The translations under genes were made by a program, and so were the position numbers. Positions 30,630-45,298 of a DNA stretch of 64,000 nt are shown piece after piece. The notes under the pieces are model-generated. The model was not told the origin of the DNA, made no database searches, and was given only the letters and a program-made list of their open reading frames with translations. Each line of letters begins with the position of its first letter. The first letter of the stretch is position 1. The DNA is from the human T2T-CHM13v2.0 reference genome, Homo sapiens: NCBI RefSeq assembly GCF_009914755.1, contig NC_060928.1; one strand, 5' to 3'.

Positions 30630-31489
30630 CTTCCATTACGGCATTTTATCTGTCAAATGCCTTGTATACTCATCATGTGGTGTTTGAAAAGATCCTGTGC
30701 TCTGTGATCATGCCAATTCAGGACTAGAAACTTTGCTAGCAACAGCCCATTCCCGATCCATATTGTCAGTGATACCAGAAAACTAAAGAGGCATAGAAAC
30801 GTCAGCTTAACTTTCAATGTTTTTTGCCTCGTGACTTCAGAATTATAATTCTTTTAAGGGCAAATAGAGTTCTCCTATGAAAAACTGTAAGGCAGCATTA
30901 TTACACAATAGAGCTTTTGATAACTTAGGAAAAACGGGTATTGTGAATCTCTGATGCTTTGTTCTCTTCAATAAAGAACTACTACAATCAATAGGAAATA
31001 GGTAGCAAGCAGGCATTTTACTTGGGTTAAAGTACTCCTGCTACAATCTGGTAAGAAAAGCTACAGATTTGATACCATTACAGAGTCAGTTCTTTTTCCC
31101 ACTACAAAATATAGTTGATATCTGGAATTAGCTAGCCCAAATGGCTCAAAATCATTTAATGGTGACCATATATTTTCTCTCATATTCTCACAAAAACATT
31201 CAGGAGACCAAGAAGAGTGCTAAAAATTCAAAATAATCTTGAAAACTAAACTGGAGGATAACCTAATGTCAGAATCTTATAGGAACTTACAATAGTTATA
31301 GAGTAGAATGGAACTCCAGAGCGAACTATGTACCTAAATTGCATCTTATAGCAGTATAGTATGGTGGTCCAGAATATGCCTTCCAGATTAGACAAAGTTG
31401 GATTTAAGTTTTATCATCATCTAGCTGGATGATCTTGGTAAAATAAAATCTGTTTCTCTTCTGTAAAATGTGAATAATAAGAGTACCAC

Positions 31490-31853
31490 TGTTATAAATT
31501 GAATTGTGTCTTCCCAAAATGCATACGTTGAAGCCCTAAAGTCCCAGTATGACTGCTTTAGGAGATGGGGCCTCTACAGAGGTAATTAATGTTAAATAAG
31601 GTCATAAGGGCAGGACCTTAATTTAATAGGACTGATGTCCTTATAATAAGAGGAGATACCAAGTATTCACATGCACAAGGAAAACACCATGTGAGGACAC
31701 AGCAAGAAGGCAGGCATCTGCAAGCCAAGGAGAGACGACTCACCAGATACCAACCCTTGGATTTCCAGCCTCCAGAACTGTGAGAAATACATTTCTGTTG
31801 TATAAGCTCCCCGACTCTGGTATTTTGCTATGGCAGCCTGAGCAGACTGACAC
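31490..31853 (+). mobile_element. MLT1A/B-like LTR nested in a MIR (MIR about 31350-31950)
   Basis: tgttataaattgaattgtgtcttcccaaaat...gcagcctgagcagactgacaca; MIR core ctgtaaaatgtgaataataagagtacc before it and MIR 3' part after it. Confidence 0.88.
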
Positions 31854-33113
31854 AAGAACCCTCATGAGGTGTTGTCAAAACTGAATGCATTAATGCGTCT
31901 AGGGCCTGGGATGAGGTAAATCCTCAATGATTGTGTTCCTGTTATTGTTATTAGTTCATAAACACAGATCTTGTGGAAAAGGATGGAAGGATACTTCCTA
32001 TATCTCTCATCTGTCCCAGAATTCCTTTTAGGGGATTAGCCAGGGAGGATTAATCTCCTGCTACTGATGACAAGGACTGAGTTGGGGCATATTTTAAGAG
32101 GAGCAAGACCTGGTACATGAAGCTACCTCAGTGTGCACCTTCCTCATTTGAATTGCATCCTTGGCTTTCCTACATATGCCACAGATGTAGGAGCCCAGAA
32201 GCAGCAAAATCTTGCTCCAGAGGGAGTTCCAAAATAAATTCACCACCAGACACATTCTTCTTAAGAAATAAATTCCCTACTGCTAGAAATATCCAGCCCT
32301 GGAACCAAAAGGAAGATACATGGAACACTGGGACCATGTGTGGAATCATTGCTTTCCCCCCACCATCTCAAGAGCCTCTCTCTTAAGAACCTGCTGCTGG
32401 AATTGTCACATAGGTGGGTTATATGTGGGATGAACTGTGCTACCTACACTGCCCACCCACTCCCCTCCTCTTCAATACTCTAAGAGAACACCTGCATTAT
32501 CTGCTTTTGTTAACATGTACACATATAAATAAGTACATAAATACATCAAAATTTAAACAATGGTTACCTGGTACTCATAGAATTAGTAAAGCTTCTTTTT
32601 TCAATTTTCTTTCTCTTTTATACATTTATATTTGTTAATTTTGTACAATGAAAGTGTGCTATTTGCATAATTTTTTAAGTTATTTTAAAAGTGGAATTTA
32701 AAAGTTCTAGAGATTTCTATTAAAAATTCATATTCCCCTTAAAAATAAAGCCCAATATCAATTATTTGAATACCTAAGTATGGCTCAGTTTTTTTATTGA
32801 TATTGTTTATTTACATTTAATTGTTTTTTAAGTTGCTTTGATTCTCCTTGGCAGTTTGTGTGTGTGCATGTAATTTTTAAAACCTATATTTTTTCATTGC
32901 CACAAATATAGACCATTTTCCAAATGTATTACTTTCTTAATTTTCCTGCCTATAATTCAAAATAATTATTTAACATGTTAAAAGCTATAGTCCAAGGTCT
33001 AGTTAATTCAGCAGAATTCATTTAACTACAGAAACTGCATTCTAATGGAGTTGCACAAGACTGGTTTGAGGAGTTATGTTTAATATCCACATACAGATGA
33101 TTTCTGAGATTAC

Positions 33114-33191
33114 TTAAACAAATCTAGAGATCCTCTGAGAACTTACTCATATTTAAACAAATCTAGAGATCCTCTGAGAACCTACTCACAC
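33114..33191. repeat. 39-bp tandem duplication
   Basis: ttaaacaaatctagagatcctctgagaac(t/c)tactca(t/c)a occurs twice. Confidence 0.93.
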
Positions 33192-33731
33192 TTTACAAGA
33201 TCCCACTGGATTTCTATCATGCTCAAGGCAGTTCCTGCTGCCCCACCTAGAGGGTCTTACTGACCTTTCCCAAATTCCTCTTCTCTCCTTTGAAGACTCT
33301 CTCCTTTAATAGCTATATTGTAGCCATTCAAAAAGTAGACAGGAGAATTTTAGAAAAAATACATGAAATAGCTTTTCCAAAATTTGGCCTGAAATGTAGA
33401 AATTTTTCTGTTACAAAGCTATCCCTTTGTTTCAGACGGCCTTCTTAGCACCTGAACTAACCCTTTTCTCTGAAGAGACTACAGCCTATGTCAGTAAACC
33501 ATCAGGCCCCAAAAAACACAGCAGCACCTGCGTCTGCTACAAATAAACAAACCACTAACTCCCTCTAGTACAGTAATCTACACCCAGTACACACTCGGTA
33601 AATGTCACTGGAGATTACTAGTACGAACATTAAAGGCACACAGTAGTCAATAAACACTTGTTGAATAACTTGATTTAACAGCATATTGAGAGCATGTACC
33701 TAAGAAAAAACAAATGAGGTTTTTTTTTAAC

Positions 33732-33872
33732 CTGGAGAGTTATTTCCTCTATGTGTGTGTTTGCTATTTCTAAATCACCATCAAAAATGTTGTGTCCTCT
33801 TTAAACCCATGTTTTCTAAACTTGTGTACTTTTTTTCCAGTGCCACAGAAGTGTTCCATTTTTATGCATCAA
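33732..33872 (-). other. Candidate minus-strand exon, 141 nt (LMHKNGTLLWHWKKSTQV*KTWV*RGHNIFDGDLEIANTHIEEITLQ)
   Basis: attttaatctctctag| acceptor and CAG|gttaaa donor; phase 0 matches the 20832-20977 exon but contains two stops. Confidence 0.25.
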
Positions 33873-34171
33873 CTAGAGAGATTAAAATTAAAAGTTCATT
33901 AAAGATTTATGGCAAAATCATTTGTACGAAATGCACCAAAGCAATAACTTCAGATTCATCAAGAAGATCTAATAAATTATAAGCTAAAATTAGCAACTGC
34001 AAACTACTCAAACCATGTTACTATAAAATGTTCCTCCTCCTTTTGTTTTTAACAGTCTTCCCTAAAGGCTTGATCAATTCAGCTTACTTAATCACAAAAC
34101 TGTAACGACAGAATATTTGCAAGACCTATTCAAGAAGTCTTCACAAATATGAAAATCTCTCTCCTTCATTA

Positions 34172-34632
34172 CGTGAAAAAGACACTTGCACATGCATGTT
34201 TATAGCAGCACAGTTCACAATTGCAAAAATATGGAACCAGCCTAAATGCCCATCAGCCAACAAGTGGATAAAGAAAATGTAGTATACATTCACCATGGAA
34301 TACTACTCAGCCATAAAAAGGAATAAAATAATGGCATGTGCAGCAACCTGGATGGAGTTGGAGACCACTATTCTAAGTGAAGTAACTCAGGAATGGAAAC
34401 CCAAATATCATATGGGAGCTAAGCTATGAGGATGCAAAGGGATAAGAACGGTATAATGAACCTTGGGGACTTAAAAGGGAAGGATGGGAAGGGATGAGGG
34501 ATAAAAGACTACACATTGGCTACAGTGTACACTGCTCGGGTGCAACAAAATCTCAGAAATCACCACTAAAGAACTTATTCATGTAACCAAAAACCATCTG
34601 TCCTCCAAAAACTATTGAAATAAAATAAATGT
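34172..34632 (+). mobile_element. L1PB-like 3' end
   Basis: aaagacacttgcacatgcatgtttatagcagcac...aaaatctcagaaatcaccactaaagaacttattcatgtaacc...aataaa. Confidence 0.9.
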
Positions 34633-35978
34633 TTTTTAAAAACTCTCTTTACTGGCTTTAAAGAACAGCTGTGGCTATAAAAATGTGTCATTTTCTAAAT
34701 GAAAAAATATTTCCTTATCATATCTCTACGTGTTTTTATCAATTGTATTGGTTTTGCTTTCCTTCTTCTTTTGAGGGTAGTAAAATAATTAAAGCATTCA
34801 TTTTGTAAATTAAATGCCATATATAAAATATTACCTTGCATACATATCTAACAATTTATCTCTATGGCATGATGTGTATATACATTTATGTACACAAAAA
34901 TTACATACATAACAACTTATGCAGCATTATCTTACCTAATTACACTGTAGGACTCAAATCAAATGGACTATACTGAGGGACTTGTACTTTAAATCAGCTC
35001 ATTTCAATAAAATTTAATGTACTCATAAGTAGTAAAATTAAGTTGCTTCATCACTTGGTATTTAGTTTTTGTATGTACTTGACTTGAATTTCAAATTCAC
35101 CAATATCGATGAATGATTTTTTTAATGAAAATGAAATAATGTTTTATAAGAGAATGTTCACTGACATTAGAGAAAAATCCATAAAGTTTCAAATCACCTC
35201 TCAGTGTGCCATTTTCTGGTCTATTTTCTCTTATATTCCCTCCTAGGAATCTTTCTTATTCAGTGGCACCAGCTAATATCCATGACAGTAAATTAGAGTA
35301 TAATTCTCCAAGTGGCATTTGAATTTTTGAAGAAAATATTGAAAATAAAAGAAGTAAGAACGCAAGGAAGAACTTGCAACTATATCTTAGTCATCATTGT
35401 AGCTCCTGTATCTCCTAACATTTTGTTCTCAAAATAGATACATTCACTCATTTGTTCAATCGCTAAAATCCTGAATGTCAGTGAATATGTGCCAAGTGCT
35501 ACACCATCCACTGAGATAAATGAAAAATAAGACCATTATTTCTCCTAAAGACCTGAGAGGCTACCAAAGGATACAGGTCATAAAAGGCAATTCTAATAAA
35601 TATGTGATAAATGTTTGTCAAGGAGCTGCATATCACTTGAGAGGTAGTAAGTTAGGTAGATTTGAGGAACAAGTTGACTGTTGTGGTCACCTGCATTACT
35701 CACATGTAAGCCCACTTCTCAAACCCTAGTCTATTTTCCTAAGTATTGGAATACAATGCTTACCACATTATATCTTACTCAGAAATGAACCAAGTGCAGA
35801 TCTAAATATTTATTTTGTATTATTGAGGAACAAGTTCCTGTTGTTAGAACTTTTATATTAGCCATAGGTACTTCTATTGAGGGCCCTGTCAGTATCTCAC
35901 AAGTCCAAGGAATAACGGTAACCCAATGGACTAATGAAAAACTAAATTCAGATAATTGCCTTTAAAAACTCAATTTTT

Positions 35979-36266
<288 letters not shown>

Positions 36267-36272
36267 GTTAAG

Positions 36273-36665
<393 letters not shown>

Positions 36666-37214
36666 TCATTTCCCCAAGTTCTATCGTTCTTTTTGCTTGT
36701 TTGTTTGTTTCTTGGTACACTGACTGACAACAATACCTACCACTTGATTATATTGCTTTGGATTAGTGGGCACTGTGCAGCTATTCACATTTAATTTCTT
36801 ATGCCTAATAACAATAAATTATAAATTCTCTAAAAAATAAGTAAATAAGTAAAAGCCACTTGGAAGCAAAGACAGCCATATATCCCTGTTTGTTGAGACG
36901 GTTGATTTTACACATATTTAGCAGAGTTTCTAGCAGCGCCCCCTTGCACACTCACAAGTGTCTTAGTGAGGATGATAAACTGTAGAGTCATCCTCTTCAT
37001 AGAGGAGGTAGCATCTGAGCTTGTATCTAAAAAAGAAAGTAGGAATTTGCCAGCTCGAGAATGGGTGGCTCAGGGAAGAAGGAGGCTGCTCCAGGCACAG
37101 GGAATACAAAGCACAAAGGCAAGGAAATAGAGTGCGGTGCAGTAAGGAAGAACCTGGGCGCTGGAGCAGAATGGCTGTGGGCAGATCTCAGCCTACCACT
37201 AACTAGCTGCAAAT

Positions 37215-37770
37215 ATGTTCTATAACACAGCCAGAGTGAGTTTTTAAAAGCATAAGTAGGATCGTGCCGCTCCTCTGATGAAATCCCATGGGTGGCTTCC
37301 CATTGCTCTTAAAATAAAGCCTGAATTCCTTACCATGATTTACAAGGCCCTAAGAAATCTGGTTTTTGTTCCCATCAGGTGCCACCACTGTCACCACCAC
37401 CACCACCCCATGCTCACTGTACTCCAGCCTCACTCCTTTGCCGCCAGTCTCAAGGCCTTTCACGTGATTTCCCAAATACCAATTCCTCAGAGAGGTACAT
37501 TTCTGCCTAAAGTGGCCCTTCTCACTAGTTAGCCCCACTGTATTATCTATGGCATTACCTGTCTATTTCCCTCATAACTTCCTCCCATCAGTTAACTATT
37601 TTTTTTACATTATTTGAGTGTTTATTGGTCATCTGTCTCTGACATTAGAATGTCAGCACTTAAGGGCAAGGCCTCACCTGTCAAGTTTACAGCTATGTTG
37701 CCCCTATCGACAAGTAATCTACAATATACAGGCGTTTTAACTGAATGGATGGATGAATGAATGAATGAAG
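37215..37770 (+). mobile_element. LINE-2 3' portion
   Basis: cacagccagagtgagtttttaaaa...ggcttcccattgctctta...gaatggatggatgaatgaatgaatgaa. Confidence 0.85.
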
Positions 37771-38623
37771 TGTTAGGGACCAGACTTAATGTATTATACC
37801 TTAAGAGTACTTGCATTTTTAAGGAAGATAAAAAGAGAAGGCAATGCCTAACATGTGGGAATGACTCATTAATGTTAAATTAGCAGGCACAGGTGACAAA
37901 GAGGGATGTGCTTTGGGGTGGCAGTATCTTTCTTGCACCTTCATTCCATTATGCCAACAAAACAAGAAGAAATGACAACATACTGTATCCGCTTCCTGCT
38001 GTGCCTATGAGAATAATATAGGAAATCAGAATGGCTTCTTTATTGTTTGTGAATAACCCACAATTTTAATCCTTACATAGATTAACATCATTGGCACGCC
38101 TGGTAAGCCAACAAGGACATAATTATCTTTAGTGTACTAGAAGGTAGGATATTTAACACACTCTCCAAAGTAAGTTTCAAAACAGACCGGCAGGCATAGA
38201 AACAAAAAGGTGAAAAGTATTAAGGGTATATGACACACAGGAGGGTATGTGGAACTCAACTGGGAGTGCTATCGAAATGAGAACAGCCTGTTAAGATAAC
38301 GAAAAGTGGAAAATCGTAGCAAACAGGAATTATATTAGGAAGCAAAACACATTAAGGAGAGCACAAGATTTTTTTTAATGAATTTTAATTCTTTCTCCAG
38401 TCTTTGTTGTTATTTGCTAATGGACTTTATGATGGTTGAAAGGTAAAGTTTATTTTCTCATTAGCTTTATTATTTTCCACTGGCAGACATTAATTCTCTC
38501 CTTTCCTGAACCCTCACTTCATGCAACTAAAATGAGCATGGTAGTTATATTCCCTTTATGATATTTACATATACATTAGCATCACAATGCAGTCAAAATA
38601 CCTTAGGGTACAACATATATTAC

Positions 38624-38707
38624 CTGGAGAAGCAATTATGGAGACAAAAGGCATTCTGAGATAGCAGCATTCTAAGAATTTTCCTCATTATTATCATATA
38701 AACATTT
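38624..38707 (-). other. Candidate minus-strand exon, 84 nt (one open frame NVYMIIMRKILRMLLSQNAFCLHNCFS)
   Basis: attttttcatag| acceptor and CAG|gtaata donor. Confidence 0.3.
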
Positions 38708-39233
38708 CTATGAAAAAAATTCAGGTGAAACTAGGTAGAAGAAAATAATTTAAATAGCCAAATTCCAATGGCCTTCCCATTCTTAAAATGCTGGCACATC
38801 AATACAAACATCAGTAAATTATGACTCTCTGTTATATGCATAATACCATGTTTAGGCTCTGAGGACACAAAGAATTTAGTAATAACAAATAAGGAATAAA
38901 TAAGACATTAAACCAGCTAATGTATGTAAAGTACTCAGCATTTAATAAAACTAAACAAATGGTGGCAGTGGCTGTTACAAATTCTGTGGTTGTCCTTAAT
39001 GGCTATGGCAGTTAGCTGGTAAGTTACAGAAGAAAGTGTAGACAGGTTTTAATGTGGCCTAGGAAATCTGGAGGCCTTATACTTGCAAAGAAAACTGAGG
39101 GGGTTATTTTTTGTGAAGGGGCATTAATATAGGAATAGCATGAGAATGGTGTGAGACTTCACCTATTGTGTGTTATGAGTACTAAGTAGCCTGGTTTCCC
39201 TGGAATGAGGGCTGCATATAAGTAATTAGTGGG

Positions 39234-39268
<35 letters not shown>
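39234..39268. repeat. (TA)n microsatellite inside a degraded L2 (about 39000-39480)
   Basis: tatatata run. Confidence 0.9.
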
Positions 39269-39648
39269 TGTTTAGGAGGCTTCCATTGCCAGGCAAATGA
39301 TTTTTATCTCATGGATAAAAGAGAGTCAATGTAATTTTGAACAGGGAATAGGCATAGATAAAGAAAGTGTTTTAAGGAAAGTAACCTAAAAGTTACTACA
39401 AGATATAGAGTAAAGGTAAAGATTTGAGATCCAAAAACCAATTAGGAGATTATTATAATATTCATATGTAGAAGAAGTGCCTGTAAGAGATCATTCCATT
39501 TATAAGGCTGAAGATGCATTATAAAAATATCTAAGGTGTTTTAGTCCATGGGCTATTAAATAATATGTATGGTGATGTTCTGACAGCTCATGGAATTCCA
39601 CCAACTTTGCTTCCCACACTCCAGTTCAGACCGACTTCTTCAAGTCTT

Positions 39649-39963
39649 TTTTTTTCAAATCTTTTTTTAATTTTTATTGTTTTTATTTATTTTGAGACAG
39701 AGTCTCGCTCTGTTGCCCAGTGGCGCAATCTCGAACACTGCAACCTCCACCTCCCAGGTTCAAGCGATTCTCCTGTCTCAGCTTCCCAAGTAGCTGGGAT
39801 TACAGGCACCTGCCACCACGCTCAGATAATTTTTGTATTTTTAGTAGAGACAGGGTTTTACCACGTTGGCCAGGCTGGTCTTGAACTCCTGACCTCAAGT
39901 GATCTGCTCCCCTCGCCTCCCAAAGTGTTGGGAGATTACGGACATGAGCCACCGTACCTGGCC
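39649..39963 (-). mobile_element. AluS with a small internal deletion
   Basis: TSD acttcttcaagtctt at 39634-39648 and 39965-39979; gcccag|tggcgcaatc lacks gctggagtgcag. Confidence 0.94.
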
Positions 39964-40154
39964 AACTTCTTCAAGTCTTATGTCCCTGTTTCCACCAATT
40001 TGACTCAACTTAGGTTCTCACACTCTGCCTAGTCTGTTTGTGAAGGAGTCATAGTTAGGCTGGCTGCCTGCTCTCAATTTGGGCTTCACCCTGGGAATCT
40101 CCCTCTTGAATCATGCATGGTCTCCTTCACAAGCCCACCCTCCCCTCATGTCTA

Positions 40155-40223
40155 GGAAATCATGAGGGGTAGCATGATCATGAGGGTAGCATAATCATGA
40201 GGGAAATCATGAGGGTAGCATAG
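40155..40223. repeat. Short tandem repeat of atcatgagggtagcat, about 4 imperfect copies
   Basis: Direct reading of the sequence. Confidence 0.85.
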
Positions 40224-41162
40224 GTCCAGGGCTTTGGACTCCTGCTAATCTGAAAAGATGAATCAGAAAAGAAGAATTGTGACTAATTTGATATGAAGAC
40301 AAACAAGAGAGAAAAGCTAAAGCTGACTCCAGTAATTCAAGCATAATTGACCATAAGAAATATGTCCAGCTGGCAGATAGAGATAGGGAAATAAATCTCA
40401 GAGGAAAATGTCATGGCCAGGGTGGATTTGAGGAGCATCTCAGTGAACTGCCTAAGGAAAGACCATTGTGAAGAAACAGCAGAATGTCAAGGACCAAATT
40501 CCGTGTTCAAGGTCAAGAGGAAGAAGTATAACCAGCAAGGAGATAGAGGAGTGACAGAGGCAGAAAGGCTTTTAGAGTCTTGAAAGTCAAGCAAAGAAAG
40601 AATCAACATGTGGAGGGACTGACAACAGAGAAGGCATTGGAAGAATAAGGACTTACAAAACCTGTTTTTCTCCTAACGGAGTTTAATTTCACAAAACAGT
40701 TCTTGTTGGTTTAACAGTATATATTACAGTGGTGGTCTTAAAGCAAAAAGAATAGTAGTACCAACATTATTTCTAATCATAAAATGTATCTCTACTAGAA
40801 GCTACATGTATTTGTTTAGCCATTTTACAAAGTTTGAAAACATATAAAAGATATGACATGTATATATTATATAAAATGACTCCAGGTAATTTTCTATTTT
40901 TCTGTATTAAAAAAAAACTTTAGGCTTTAATATTTTCACTAGACTACTACAAACACACCTGTTTTGTTTTGTTTGTTTGGAGATTTCAGTTTTTCTAAGA
41001 CCTTCTTTAAACCATCCAATTGTATGACTTAAGCAGTTTGCTTAGCCTATGGATTCTCTTCTCCATTTGAACTCGTTTATTCCACAGCAATGTCACAAAT
41101 GTCACAGAGAGCTATATTTTAAATATATGTCACAAATAAATTAAGATCCTTAATTTATTTAA

Positions 41163-41469
<307 letters not shown>

Positions 41470-42199
41470 TCAGTCTACACTAAGCTATGCTAAGGATTCT
41501 CTCATTCAAATGTTTGTTTCAAAAAGTCTCTGTATTTATTTCCTTTTTAGTATTTTGGCCTCTCGCTGTTTCATCTGAAGAAACTAATTAATTATGGATA
41601 TTTATTTTGCTTACATTATTTCACTTTACAGTATGCTATATTACTGTGAAGTATGCAAATGTAATGTTTACTGAATACAACGCTAAAATTTTCCTTTTCT
41701 TTAAATGTTATTTTTATTATAATCTTTAAGATGCTTATGTTCGAGATAATTGGTCTGCCACTATGGATTGGATGCTTAAATCCTTTTCAGAATAAAAATG
41801 CAAGCAGATTGTGAACTTTACCCTAACATGCAAATTCCCAACTAAGATGCTGTTTTCTACTTGAAGTAAATGAAACATTTTATTACTGGGTGATCAGAAA
41901 ATCTGGCCTTTTCAAGTTTTCAGCCAGGGGCTAGAGAAGTACATCTCCTCTGAAAAAATTTTAGAGGAATGGTGGGAGACAAAATAAATTTGCATTTAGA
42001 TTCCGTCCTAAAAGTTGTGTTGGTTCAACCCACCAGTTCCACAAGTTGGGAAAATGTTACATACTGCAGCACCCTTTTAGGGAACTCATAAAGTACCTGA
42101 AAAACACATCAGGAAAGTTGCATGCTAAATATCTTTAATCCTGTATATCCCAAACTTATTCGAGCATGGATCCCTTTCTGTTCCTACGTCCTGGAATCG

Positions 42200-42360
42200 G
42201 ATAGCTCTTGTGCAAGTCATTTTACCTAGTTTAGCCTGAATTTGCCCATCTTTAAAATAGAAATAATACTAGTACCTACCTCATATTTCATTTGAAAGAA
42301 TAAAGTGGTTTAATGAATGTAAAGTATTTAGCACATAAAAAGTATTCTATAAATGCTAGG
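42200..42360 (+). mobile_element. MIR
   Basis: gcaagtcattttacct...catctttaaaatagaaataatactagtacctacctcata. Confidence 0.7.
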
Positions 42361-42448
42361 GAAGGAAAAATCATCTGCAGAAAGTCAGTGCCTAATTTTT
42401 TATCTTTTCGACTCTATCACTTTTTTTGAAAAAAAAAATTAAAGCTAT

Positions 42449-42770
<322 letters not shown>

Positions 42771-43420
42771 TCAAATATGGTTTCCAAGTCAATGCAGATT
42801 ATCTATGTCACTCTCTCAACGATGCAACGTTCACCTTTGGTAGCTAACCAAAGACGAGTCTAGTGGCCTCCTACTCTCCTCTGACTACCATAGTTTCCCC
42901 ATTGAAACCCCACTCATATCTCCCTCAATCAAAAGGATGCGTTTCTTGTCTTCATCAGATTCTTCCTTCCTTCTTTGTCTCATTTATCTCTGAATCCATA
43001 GGACCTAAGTTCTATCCCACATCAGGTGCCCAATGAATGTTTAAGGAAAGCAGAAAGGAAAAAGAAAAGGAAAAGATGGAAGAGGAAGAGGATTAAAATG
43101 TTTCATTTCAAGACATGACAGATTACATAGCATTCTCTAACTTATATTGACAGGTTAAAAGAGTTGGACTAACTTCTATAAACAAATTTCTCATTTCATC
43201 TCTCTTCTTCAAATATGTTAAAATTTTTATACTTTATTTCTGTTCTTTAGTGAGTGACCTAAAATACAAAATGTATAGCTATCTTAATATCAGAAGATAT
43301 AATTTTTCCCTCCTCTCAATTATTATAAAGACTTCAAATACTTTAATTCGGGCCACACCTTCTCATCTTGAAAACTACTGTTTTCTGGTATTTTAACTTA
43401 CCTGGATCTTTTTTTAGCTC

Positions 43421-44026
43421 TGTCAAAAGACAAAATTACAATAAAAATCTAGCTGGCTTTTATTTTGACTTCTAGTATCAGCAACACCTTATTCTGTAAA
43501 GTAGAATGAGTGCTCCATTGAGCTCAGCAGATGAGGTTGACTTTATGGGCAGAAAAAGGGCTGAAGAAAGCAGAAGCAGAGAACAAAAAGCAGATTGGTG
43601 TTTTCAAAGTTACTTTTTTTTTTTTTTTGAGACAAGGTCTTTTTGCTCTGTCGCCCAGGCTGGAGCAGCAAAGTGGTACAATAACGGCTCACTGCAGCCT
43701 CAACCTCTCAGGCTAAAATGATCCTCCCACCTAAGCTTCTCCAGTAGCTGGGACCACAGATGCATGCCACCATGCCTGGCTAATTTTTGTATTTTTTGTT
43801 TTTGTATTTTTTGTGGAGACAAGGTTTCACCATGTTGCCCAGACTGGTTTTGAACCCCTGTGCTCAAACAATCCTCCCACTTTGGCCTCCCAAACTGCTG
43901 GGATTACATGCATGAGCCATCATACCTGGCCGTCAAAGTTACTTTCTTTATATAGGGTTAAAACAGAGGGGACTTTCCTGTTATGCTGACTCAGGTTGAC
44001 TAGAATCTTCTGTTTTGGGAAAACTA
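43421..44026 (-). mobile_element. ERV1-class LTR fragment (MER93-like) interrupted by an Alu
   Basis: tgtcaaaagacaaaattacaa...gggctgaagaaagcagaa...tcaaagttact|Alu|ttcttta...gaggggactttcc. Confidence 0.6.
43614..43931 (-). mobile_element. AluJ
   Basis: gctcactgcagcctcaacctc and atcctcccac; TSD tcaaagttact. Confidence 0.93.
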
Positions 44027-44074
44027 AGATGGATAGATAGATAGATAGATAGACAGATAGACAGATAGATAGAC
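44027..44074. repeat. (GATA)n/(GACA)n tetranucleotide STR
   Basis: gatagatagatag...acagatagacagatag. Confidence 0.92.
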
Positions 44075-44993
44075 AACTTTTCTCATTTTTTGACTGACAA
44101 TTATGACTTGTCCCTCTGCCTTGAGAAAAGTGCTATGTTTTTTCAAAAATAGAAATGGTATATTTATCAGAGTCCTTCCACAATGTAAGGCTAAGGAATT
44201 ACATTCTTATTAACATTTCACAATTTCTTTTTTTAACACAAATTCTCCTCACCCACAAGGCATATTCACAGTAAGCAGAATACAGCCCAATACTTGAATT
44301 TATGTACTAAATGATAAGGAAATAGCTGTACATCATCATTATCTCCAAATAGACTGAGGATCCTTTTTCATCTTTCAAGATGCAAATTTCATCATCCTAT
44401 TGAATTTATTCTCTGCATAAAACATTAGCATTTACCAAGGTTCTTGCGGGGTTTTTCTGTTTTTGTTTTTAGCATAGGAGGACTTCTGAAGAATCGCTAT
44501 ATGTGAATAATAATATTATCATTGAACAAGGTTTTAAAAACCACATTACTCATTTTTGGTATATTATCAATATTTTTCTTTCTTTCTTTCTTTTTTGGAA
44601 GATTATCTGGGCCTGCCGCTTGCTTCCTCAGCACAATTGAACACATAATTACTATGTAAATTTAGGTTTCCACATGCTTCCAGGGGAACATAGACCATTT
44701 GGTATCGGAGATTTCGAAGCCTTAATCATTTGGAATATGGTACATTCGACTTAATCTGTAAAATGAAGATAATTCTTATCTGCCTTGCAGAATTTTATAA
44801 GGATTAATTACTTAATTTTGGTTAAGCAATTTGAACATGAAAAACATTACATAAATGAAGGCAAGTCCTAATATTATTAAAAAAGATTACTGAGCAGAGA
44901 AGCACAGAGATATCTTTTCTGTTTATTATTCTGTTATTATCATATATAATTAGATCATTATCTAATAATTGTTTAGATTACAAAATATAAAAC

Positions 44994-45298
44994 AGGCAGG
45001 GCACAATGGCTCATGCCTGTAATCCCAACATTTGGGAGGCCAAGGTAGGAGGATTCCTTGAGGCCAGGAGTTCAAAACCAGCCTGAGCAACATAAAGAAA
45101 CCCCACCTCTACAAAAAATAAAAAAATTACCTAGGCATGGTGGTGCATACCTGTAGTCCCAGCCATTGGGAAGGCTGAGGCAGGAGGATCACTCAAGCAC
45201 AGGAGTTTCTGGCTGCAATGAGCTATGATAATGCCACTGCACTCCATCCAGCCTGGGTGACAGAACTAGATCCTGTCTCTGTTTAAAAAAAAAAAAAA
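44994..45298 (+). mobile_element. AluJ
   Basis: gaggattccttgaggccaggag and ggctgcaatgagctatgat; A-tail. Confidence 0.92.

Noticed and set aside
33938-34126. Additional small minus-strand exon-like pieces (LLDESEVIAL; VLQIFCRYSFVI)
   Set aside because: Weak acceptor or donor context, a very short implied intron to 33872, and incompatible phases with each other
37861-37869. Isolated transcription-factor motifs (AP-1 ATGACTCAT here and TGACTCA at 1452; CAAGGTCA at about 57127)
   Set aside because: Single 7-9 bp motifs are expected by chance in 64 kb and have no supporting context
39565-40032. 155-aa ORF and similar ORFs (9378, 9541, 11630, 36275, 36333, 47725, 50747, 52463, 53940)
   Set aside because: Typical antisense-Alu translations ([15 protein letters not shown]), not genes
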